Shown in pieces: positions 56,998 through 64,000 of a DNA stretch of 64,000 nucleotides (its first letter is position 1; each line of letters starts with the position of its first letter). Where the stretch lies: the IMG/VR virus record IMGVR_UViG_3300035698_006513; one strand, given 5' to 3'. The position numbers and the translations under genes are program-made. Source of the DNA: a virus. The notes under the pieces are model-generated. The model did no database searches, was not told the DNA's origin, and was given only the letters and a program-made list of their open reading frames with translations.

Positions 56998-57441
56998 TTA
57001 CTGTTGGGAGTAGAAGTCATCGCGGGTGAGGTCAACAGTAGATCCACCGGTCTTAGTAATTCCGGAGCTGGATGGTCCAGAATCTTGGTCGGAGGTATCT
57101 ACGGTTCTTTGAGGAACAGCCTGTTGTGGGGCTGCGGATGCAGCAGCTGCAGCTGCTGCTACACTGACAATGTCCCCCGTGGACAAGTCCACGGCCATTG
57201 TGGGGTCGAGTTCATACCGACTATTTTCTTCATTGTACTTGTACACACCGGCAGGGTTGGAGGTAAAGTCCAAAGAATAAGTAGCAACTCCTTGGGTATT
57301 AGCCCCCATGTCAGGTCGTGGGATCAGTACATCCTGGTCGATGCTTTGTTGAAGACTTTCTATCACAGGGTCAGCGGCTACTTCGACCTCGGCTACTTCG
57401 ACGGCGATTCCGGGGGCGGTATTCTCTGTAGTCATTCTCAT
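56998..57441 (-). CDS. Low-complexity acidic hypothetical protein
   Basis: AAGGAG RBS; poly-Ala tract. Confidence 0.65.
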   Translation of the reverse strand: MRMTTENTAPGIAVEVAEVEVAADPVIESLQQSIDQDVLIPRPDMGANTQGVATYSLDFTSNPAGVYKYNEENSRYELDPTMAVDLSTGDIVSVAAAAAAASAAPQQAVPQRTVDTSDQDSGPSSSGITKTGGSTVDLTRDDFYSQQ

Positions 57442-57511
57442 TCTCCTTACGGGTTAGATTTGCTAATGCAAATATTGTTCATACGCTTATAGCTGAAAAC
57501 ACCTGGGTTTT

Positions 57512-57724
57512 TTACTCCTGCAATTCAGCCATAAACTCTACTACTTCTTGATAGACGGCAGAGTTCGATGTCTCAGACTTTGCCTGTAACCACCCGAGCA
57601 ACATGAACCACCTCTCACCATAACCATCTTCTGTAGGTTTAGCTAGGTATCTGGCTATGAGCCGCCTTAAATCTGGAGGTATGGATTTTATGTTTACGTC
57701 AATTGCCTGGGTGGGGAAGTTCAT
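57512..57724 (-). CDS. Hypothetical protein
   Basis: Stop/start overlap with tmk. Confidence 0.6.
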   Translation of the reverse strand: MNFPTQAIDVNIKSIPPDLRRLIARYLAKPTEDGYGERWFMLLGWLQAKSETSNSAVYQEVVEFMAELQE

Positions 57725-58329
57725 TAGTATAGAGCCTTTATTATGGCTGTGAGCTTATCACATAACTCATCCTCAGGAAGATCTGCGCCCACAATAATTC
57801 TGTGTTTATTGAACATACTATGTGCAAACACTGTGTCATACGCACGAATTAGTTCCTTTGTGGGTATCCGGTCAAAGTGATCCTTTCCTCCTCTTGCCTC
57901 TTTTCTCCTCTCCGCCTCTTCCGCAGAAGGTCGCAGGTATATGTACGCATCTGGTGTAGGCATAAGATGATGCATAGTAGTGATGAACTCTTCTCGTATA
58001 CCTAACTCATGCGCCTGATACACAGCTGTACTGATCCAAGACCTATCTTGGATCGCCACTCTCCTAATAAGCTCATTTTGAACACTTATAAATGGGAGTA
58101 TCTTGGTGGAAAACTGGTTAAGTCTGTCCAGCGTGAATAGATACATCAGGTCTCGGGCAGATAGATTTGCAGAATGTTCCCTTATTGTAGCACCATGTCC
58201 TTCTGTTGTAGGCTCGATATACCTTGATACAAAAGAACAGTCGTCCAATAGAGCCGCTCCCAATTTCTTGGCCTGCGTACTCTTTCCGCATCCGTCTGGA
58301 CCTTCTAGGACGATCCATATATTATGCAT
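57724..58329 (-). CDS. tmk: Thymidylate kinase
   Basis: LEGPDGCGKSTQ P-loop; EP; LFTLDR; QDRSWISTAVYQ; PDAYIYL. Confidence 0.92.
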   Translation of the reverse strand: MHNIWIVLEGPDGCGKSTQAKKLGAALLDDCSFVSRYIEPTTEGHGATIREHSANLSARDLMYLFTLDRLNQFSTKILPFISVQNELIRRVAIQDRSWISTAVYQAHELGIREEFITTMHHLMPTPDAYIYLRPSAEEAERRKEARGGKDHFDRIPTKELIRAYDTVFAHSMFNKHRIIVGADLPEDELCDKLTAIIKALY

Positions 58330-59188
58330 TGTTCTTAGTCCATTCCTGAACGGTTTCTGTGTAGAACTTACGGAACTTTTCGTTTGTGTCCCGATTCTTC
58401 TTCCCCATTATGTTGAAGATTGAGTGGAAATCTTGGTTATGGCTGTCCATCCAATCTTGGAAGGTAGCCCATTTACCTGCCGCTTTAATATCAGAGAAAG
58501 CGGTGTCTATAATAAACCGAGACACGACACGTTGTTTGATGCAATCATGTGTGAGAATGCGGTTGCGTGCATTCGTGTATTGACAGAGCATTTGCCCATT
58601 ACCCTGACGCCCGTACACATGGTCAATGGGGATGTCTAAAAGTTTCCAGAATGCGTTAGGTACCCATACCCAAGGTTGGGCGCGTCTAGGATCTATCCAA
58701 TGCCTACGATCCGCAGTGTCACCAGCACTGTACCCATAACTCACGCGAATAGGGACCATCAACATCATCCCCTCTTTCGGGTTGTTATGAAACCACTTGT
58801 TTACACGACGGGCTAAGGAACGGTCCATTGTTTTCAGTCTTTTGGCAGCAAGACTTAACAAAGGACGACCATTCACAGGAATGGGTACACTCCCAACGAA
58901 CATGGGATTGTGCTCTCTTCTCTCCTCTTTCTCCCCTGTAATGGGGTTGGCCACACCATCTGCGGTGTAAATGTAAGGTACGCCGTTATCTTCCATCACT
59001 TCACTGGTGCTCGTACTTGCTACCATTGCGAAGAATGGGAACGCAGTGGCCATTCCGCGTACAGACTCTCTCCAAAAGTCTCGACCATCCTCTTCGTACA
59101 CCAGTGATGCGGTGTCCGCATAAGGGTATTCTAACTTTTGGACTTCCCCGTTAACTTCGATGACTTTCGTGTATTTGATGTTTTCCAT
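58322..59188 (-). CDS. Hypothetical protein
   Basis: AGGAG RBS; 288 aa. Confidence 0.75.
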   Translation of the reverse strand: MENIKYTKVIEVNGEVQKLEYPYADTASLVYEEDGRDFWRESVRGMATAFPFFAMVASTSTSEVMEDNGVPYIYTADGVANPITGEKEERREHNPMFVGSVPIPVNGRPLLSLAAKRLKTMDRSLARRVNKWFHNNPKEGMMLMVPIRVSYGYSAGDTADRRHWIDPRRAQPWVWVPNAFWKLLDIPIDHVYGRQGNGQMLCQYTNARNRILTHDCIKQRVVSRFIIDTAFSDIKAAGKWATFQDWMDSHNQDFHSIFNIMGKKNRDTNEKFRKFYTETVQEWTKNNA

Positions 59189-59190
59189 AC

Positions 59191-59916
59191 TTACTCCTGT
59201 AAGATATTATAAGTCCTCTCTGAACCTGAGCCACGTATAATAGTGGCTTCTCGTGTACCAGATTCCAACAACACCAAAACCTCAGATGGAGAGGACGCTC
59301 CTTCAAACTCGTTACGTGCGTAGTTCTCTGCTGTTGGCATTGGCTTATGTCGATACTCCTCCTGAGAATTCACATATTGCTGCGAGTAAGGAGCAGCTAA
59401 CACAAAGTGCCTACGTAGCTTAAGTCCTATAATATCTCCCCAAGAATCTAGGTTGTAGTTGGCCATGTTTACACGTTCGTACGCATCATCATTAAGATAC
59501 GGATGAACAGAGTCAGCCCAAGCTAATCCTGATCTGTTGATACCTAGCAACGACCCAGGCACATGAGGCATCATAGACATGAAGAAGAAAGGTTTGCCTG
59601 ACAATTGTCCGTAGTACACTTGCACTTTGTCATCAACGTCAAACTTGTAGGTACAGGCCAACATGTTTCCGCCTAAGCAGCGAATACGTCCAGTAGGCTT
59701 GTGCTGAGCTGCTATCATAGTAGAGTACAGCTCAGGAATTTCTATACCAGTCACTTCACGCAGACCGCGAAAGAACTTATATAAAAAAGCACTACCTTGA
59801 AAGTTGTGTGTGAAGTGCTCTTGATGGTTTTCCTCGAAATACCAAGAAAACGTCTCACCAAAATCTCTACCTAGTTCTTCAATGTCCCCATCAAAATGCG
59901 TAACGTTGAGTTCCAT
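59191..59916 (-). CDS. Hypothetical protein, weakly peptidase C45/Ntn-hydrolase-like
   Basis: GDIEELGRDFG and PGSLLGINRSGLA; no clear catalytic Cys motif. Confidence 0.35.
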   Translation of the reverse strand: MELNVTHFDGDIEELGRDFGETFSWYFEENHQEHFTHNFQGSAFLYKFFRGLREVTGIEIPELYSTMIAAQHKPTGRIRCLGGNMLACTYKFDVDDKVQVYYGQLSGKPFFFMSMMPHVPGSLLGINRSGLAWADSVHPYLNDDAYERVNMANYNLDSWGDIIGLKLRRHFVLAAPYSQQYVNSQEEYRHKPMPTAENYARNEFEGASSPSEVLVLLESGTREATIIRGSGSERTYNILQE

Positions 59917-59919
59917 AAC

Positions 59920-60531
59920 CTACTCCATAGTCATCCATGTCAATTCAGGAAGACCTTCGTAATTTTTTTGCCATACGAACCATGCGTACTCAGAGTTGTC
60001 CGTTTTATTACTGCCTGCAATAAAAGACGGACGCACCGGAAGTATGTGTATCCTGCGTAATGGCGTCTTCATTGTTGTGCCACCATCAACAGACCACAAT
60101 GCCTTCGTACGTGCTTGCGTAGAGATAAAACCGAGACGCAGTAATAATACTAAACACCCATCATCTGTCAACATAGGCAAAGAGTGTTCGACGAACTTCT
60201 TTGCCTGAGAAAACGGTGGGTTGGTAATAATCATATCACACTGTACGGTAGACTCCCAACGCATAAAATCTGTGCGTGTGAATGAAGCAATGCTAATATC
60301 ATCACCCCAATCTTCATTGCGCGTATAAGCAGGCTCATCATGTATCTCTACTCCCATCATGAGTGCCTTGTCTAAGACATCCCCAATTGAGTACAGAATC
60401 CTACCATCACCTGCCGCAGGATCTAATATAATGGGTGTGCAGGTAGGGTCTGTGGGTAAGTACTTCTGAAGATGCGTCTTCACGAACGCATCTATGTAAG
60501 CAGGACGGGTAGCATAGTAATCTACGGTCAT
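59920..60531 (-). CDS. Orphan amino (N6A/N4C) DNA methyltransferase
   Basis: DYYAT, ILDPAAGDG (motif I), IITNPPF (motif IV), EYAWFVW. Confidence 0.88.
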   Translation of the reverse strand: MTVDYYATRPAYIDAFVKTHLQKYLPTDPTCTPIILDPAAGDGRILYSIGDVLDKALMMGVEIHDEPAYTRNEDWGDDISIASFTRTDFMRWESTVQCDMIITNPPFSQAKKFVEHSLPMLTDDGCLVLLLRLGFISTQARTKALWSVDGGTTMKTPLRRIHILPVRPSFIAGSNKTDNSEYAWFVWQKNYEGLPELTWMTME

Positions 60532-60890
60532 TTGGAGCCTCCTACAACAACATCGTGTATATTGGGTTGAGTCTCCCCATCCCAATCCTCAGAACCTACA
60601 CTCCAACACAGGACGGAACCATTGAGTACTTCTGCAACAGCTTCTGCCTCTTCAATAGAAGTAAAATCATACTCATTGATCCTTTCCTGCTTCGCATCAA
60701 CTACCATATATAATGATAGTTCGCGCAGCTGTATCGCACGAGATACATGGTCCTCTGTAGGCACCATATCTATCTCTGTACGAGTCCAGCCACACAGCAT
60801 ACAGGCGAAGGTAGCAGATATTAGTCCACTACCTTTACCTTCTTCTACTATATCCAACTTGGCGTTGGAGCAGTGTGGGCATTCTTTCAT
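60528..60890 (-). CDS. Zinc-ribbon protein
   Basis: CPHC...CMLCGW. Confidence 0.65.
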   Translation of the reverse strand: MKECPHCSNAKLDIVEEGKGSGLISATFACMLCGWTRTEIDMVPTEDHVSRAIQLRELSLYMVVDAKQERINEYDFTSIEEAEAVAEVLNGSVLCWSVGSEDWDGETQPNIHDVVVGGSK

Positions 60891-61207
60891 GCCTAACCTC
60901 CTATAAGCATTCCGGTAGACGTATTTACAATTTCCTCTGTCTCACCTACGTCAATATCACCAGGCTCAGAAACGAAGATGTCGTCAGTATCATCCAACTC
61001 CACCACTTCTTCCTGTACTAGCGGAGTTTGGCCATTGGCGCTAATGATAAGACTCGGCCCTCGGAGTTTATGGCTGTCCATTTCTGCTCATTCTCTCCTT
61101 CGCCTGTAACGAAGATTATTGCGTTTTTGTGGGGGAATGGGTCTAGGTCGTTACTTGTATCTATATACATACGTGTGACCTTGAGACCTTCGGGCTTCAC
61201 TTCTTTA

Positions 61208-61507
61208 TCAGCCATCTGTGTTCACCTTTTCCATCTTCATTTCTGCTAATTCTTTCGCTGATTCTAGGTGTGCTCTAACACGTTCCAGTGCAATCTTCAT
61301 CACGTCATAATAGTCGGACTCCTTTGTGAGTGCGTACAGCGTCAGATGATTCATCAAGGAATCATAAAGTGCGTACATCCCCGTATTTCGATTGAGGTAC
61401 AAACCTCCTTCTGCAGGTTTGTGAGGTTTCAACACTACAACTTGGTCTACGTTCATGGAGTCGAACGTAGGTTTTGCCAACTCTTCGGGAATGAGGATAG
61501 AAATCAT
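61208..61507 (-). CDS. Hypothetical protein
   Basis: ATGA overlap with RecA-like gene. Confidence 0.6.
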   Translation of the reverse strand: MISILIPEELAKPTFDSMNVDQVVVLKPHKPAEGGLYLNRNTGMYALYDSLMNHLTLYALTKESDYYDVMKIALERVRAHLESAKELAEMKMEKVNTDG

Positions 61508-62289
61508 GAAACACCTCGTAATGAGTTAATAATGTCTTCGCGGAATGCGTGCAGACCGTCTGCAGCATTATCTCTACCTTGCCCCAAACGCGTGTCGCCG
61601 TAGTAATACCAACTACCCCTAGTACTAACTACACCAATAGATACGCATAGCCACAGCAGCTCTAATTTAGGGCGTAACTTACCCTGATCTACGGGAATAT
61701 AGCACCACTGACCGGGACGTGTATATGGGTCTTGCTCTATCGTAAGTTTTATACCTTTAACAGATCGATACATGGATATGTGGAACGAGGCTCCTTGCCA
61801 TACAGCTGCGTTTGCTGTAGTCGTTTTGCCTCGTCCGCGTACTTGCGCTGTACACAATACCACAGAGTTTGTACGTACCGCAGTATGGTTTAGGTGACTT
61901 AGTAAATGGCGTGTTGCGGGGGTGATGGAGTCAGTATCACTCAACATACTACCATTGTCCCAGTCAGAACGTATCATAGATAACGAATCCACAACAATAA
62001 GACTTGGGTGATTTATGCGGGTGAGTATATCTATAATGTTACCTACACGATTCTCCCTAAAAACCGTAATATTCTCCGCACACTCTTCCGAAGCGCGAAG
62101 GAAGTCACGATCAAACATCTCTGCGGCGAATAGTATTGGAAGCAGCTCAGAGTTCTGCGTAGCTACAAGTGAGGCGTTGCATAATAATGTCTTGCCTACG
62201 CTCTCTGGTCCACGTAGCACATACACATGCCCTGGACGATACCCTCCGCCCACCAGTACGTCCAAACTAGATGATCCAGAATCGTACAT
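61504..62289 (-). CDS. recA: Divergent RecA-like recombinase lacking N-terminal domain
   Basis: Walker A GPESVGKT, AAE, Walker B IVVDSL, AQVR, RecA C-terminal GSWYYYGDTRLGQGRDNA. Confidence 0.8.
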   Translation of the reverse strand: MYDSGSSSLDVLVGGGYRPGHVYVLRGPESVGKTLLCNASLVATQNSELLPILFAAEMFDRDFLRASEECAENITVFRENRVGNIIDILTRINHPSLIVVDSLSMIRSDWDNGSMLSDTDSITPATRHLLSHLNHTAVRTNSVVLCTAQVRGRGKTTTANAAVWQGASFHISMYRSVKGIKLTIEQDPYTRPGQWCYIPVDQGKLRPKLELLWLCVSIGVVSTRGSWYYYGDTRLGQGRDNAADGLHAFREDIINSLRGVS

Positions 62290-62351
62290 AATACCTCCAT
62301 ATTTTTCTGCTATAAGTGAATAACCCCTTATATCATAACCGGAGGTGTTTC

Positions 62352-62537
62352 ATGCGTGTGTGTATAGACCTGTCTGAGCAGGACACGCAAATCATAGAGA
62401 ATTTAAGAAAAGTTGTAGCGCAAAAACTGCGTGTTCGATTGACAAAAGAAGACGTAATAGAGTCAATACTCCACATCAGTATTGTAAACATGGAGAAGGA
62501 GATAACAGATGATCCTCCTAATGAAGAACCCGGATGA
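62352..62537 (+). CDS. Small putative RHH-like regulator
   Basis: GGAGG RBS; MRVCIDLSEQDTQIIENL...TKEDVIESIL. Confidence 0.5.
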   Translation: MRVCIDLSEQDTQIIENLRKVVAQKLRVRLTKEDVIESILHISIVNMEKEITDDPPNEEPG

Positions 62538-64000
62538 AGCAGGAGAAATGTACATACAGAATTGTATGGATTGGTCCGAGTACGCAGTCTACCTGGATAG
62601 AATGAAGAAGTTGGTACACACTGACCTCAGAGGATTACATATTTTCGGACGTAGAGGCCGACTTGAGAGACGTAGGATTACTCTACATGGGGACGGTGTG
62701 TACATAGCTGCAATCTTAGCATTGTCTATGCATATACCTGTGGGTATTCAAGAAAACAACTCCTGGGATAACGAATTCATATTATCCACGACAAGTAAGC
62801 AGCTTATGGATAATAGTCGTGTGTTCGAGAGTGTGAATTTTTATACTCCCCCAGAAACAGTAGTCCTAAATAGATCTAGGGAATCAATAAAAGCCTCTGC
62901 GCTATACGGTATACTGAGGCAGGGTGCTATCCGTGTTCCAGGAGAGTATATTAGGTTGTACGACACGGTATCTAAAATAGATACCAACACATATGAAACA
63001 CTCCGCAAGAGTTCATTCTGGTTATATGACCCTCATATACAAGTCGTGTCTGCAGCAATGGAAGCCTCCAGCAATATGCTGGGTTCAGAAGACTCTAGTG
63101 ACAAACTTACTGCCACACATAATCCTGGAGTTCTCGTAACCTGTAGAGAGGCTGCTACACTTATAGGCGAGCACACAGCAGCCGGACTCAGTACATTGGC
63201 CGAGAGTCATACAAGATTCGCAGCAGAAAAGCACAAAGTACTTAATGCACTGTTCCCTAACAGTAGTAGGGTACGTATGTCTGAGCGGGAATTTCCCTTG
63301 GGATTCTGCTACATCAACTACAACGATAACGAGTACGATGCTGCACGAGGCAGTATGACACCTCTTTGGGGAGTATCCTCATACGCGGAAGGAGAAATTA
63401 CAACTGAGTATGGTCTTTCTGCAGAAGCAGCAGAAGAAAAAAATCTGCGTACCATAATGGTGCTAAACGACACTAAATATGGGTATTCACGTGTAAGGCC
63501 TGCGAATCCCCCTATGCGGTCTGCTAGATGGGACAGCGAAAGAAGGGTTTACATATTGCCGAGACACAGTGCCACTACCCGGTCAAATCAGCAGGAGATC
63601 ATAGACTCAACACAACTGAGTACAGTTTCTGGAGAAGTAGTCAGTGAAATATTAGGAGGAGTCATGGAAGATGTAGGAGGTCGAACCATGATTCTCACTC
63701 AACTAACAAGTATGGGTGAGAATTGGGACGACATAAAATTGAAAGAAACAGGAGATTTGGTGGATATGTTAGCCGCCCGCAATCGCGTGGAAGATCCTCC
63801 AGCAGATAATAATGAGTACCTGCTGGAAGTGTTTGGAGACATGAGAATAGGACAAATCCCTACCCCGCAGGGAAGACAGATGTGGCAGAGTTTTTGGACT
63901 AAGTCATATGAACTCGCAGAGGAGATTACCGTGAGTGTATTAACCAGCACGCAAGACGTGCAGGACACAATATCCAGGGCGCTCAACGCTGTTAACAGTA
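62509..64000 (+). CDS. Large hypothetical protein, 3'-truncated (absent from ORF track)
   Basis: AAGGAG RBS + ATG 62509; frame open to window end (about 497 aa). Confidence 0.8.
   Translation, partial: MILLMKNPDEAGEMYIQNCMDWSEYAVYLDRMKKLVHTDLRGLHIFGRRGRLERRRITLHGDGVYIAAILALSMHIPVGIQENNSWDNEFILSTTSKQLMDNSRVFESVNFYTPPETVVLNRSRESIKASALYGILRQGAIRVPGEYIRLYDTVSKIDTNTYETLRKSSFWLYDPHIQVVSAAMEASSNMLGSEDSSDKLTATHNPGVLVTCREAATLIGEHTAAGLSTLAESHTRFAAEKHKVLNALFPNSSRVRMSEREFPLGFCYINYNDNEYDAARGSMTPLWGVSSYAEGEITTEYGLSAEAAEEKNLRTIMVLNDTKYGYSRVRPANPPMRSARWDSERRVYILPRHSATTRSNQQEIIDSTQLSTVSGEVVSEILGGVMEDVGGRTMILTQLTSMGENWDDIKLKETGDLVDMLAARNRVEDPPADNNEYLLEVFGDMRIGQIPTPQGRQMWQSFWTKSYELAEEITVSVLTSTQDVQDTISRALNAVNS

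Noticed and set aside
63699-63986. 95-aa minus-strand ORF
   Set aside because: Shadow of the long + strand ORF starting at 62509.
1-64000. CRISPR array, IS element or integrase
   Set aside because: No regularly spaced direct repeats, transposase or recombinase motifs seen by eye.

Overview
The window is a gene-dense segment of a large (probably jumbo) tailed dsDNA phage in the standard genetic code; no host housekeeping block is visible. From left to right it holds: (1) a minus-strand tail module (tape measure, probable baseplate/hub proteins) with an embedded FliA/SigB-like sigma factor; (2) a membrane protein + sensorless histidine kinase + Rcp1-like response regulator; (3) a putative Cys/His peptidoglycan peptidase + holin-like pair and a class II ribonucleotide reductase; (4) many hypotheticals, including a GroES-like protein, an excisionase-like HTH and an apparently inactivated DNA ligase domain; (5) a tRNA cluster in which all four RNAs are atypical, one lacking an anticodon arm and one with an enlarged arm; (6) two tandem arrays of a diverged paralogous protein family sharing an N-terminal motif and a C-terminal [LIMV]-P-x-hydrophobic tag, split by a GNAT and an opposite-strand tail-fibre cassette; (7) a serine beta-lactamase-fold protein, a bL12-like protein, a likely tail-chaperone -1 frameshift, a broken HNH gene, tmk, a DNA methyltransferase and a RecA-like ATPase. 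The best candidates for a new system are the paralog arrays with their C-terminal tag and the anticodon-altered tRNA-like RNAs. All homology calls come from motif recognition by eye, not database searches.
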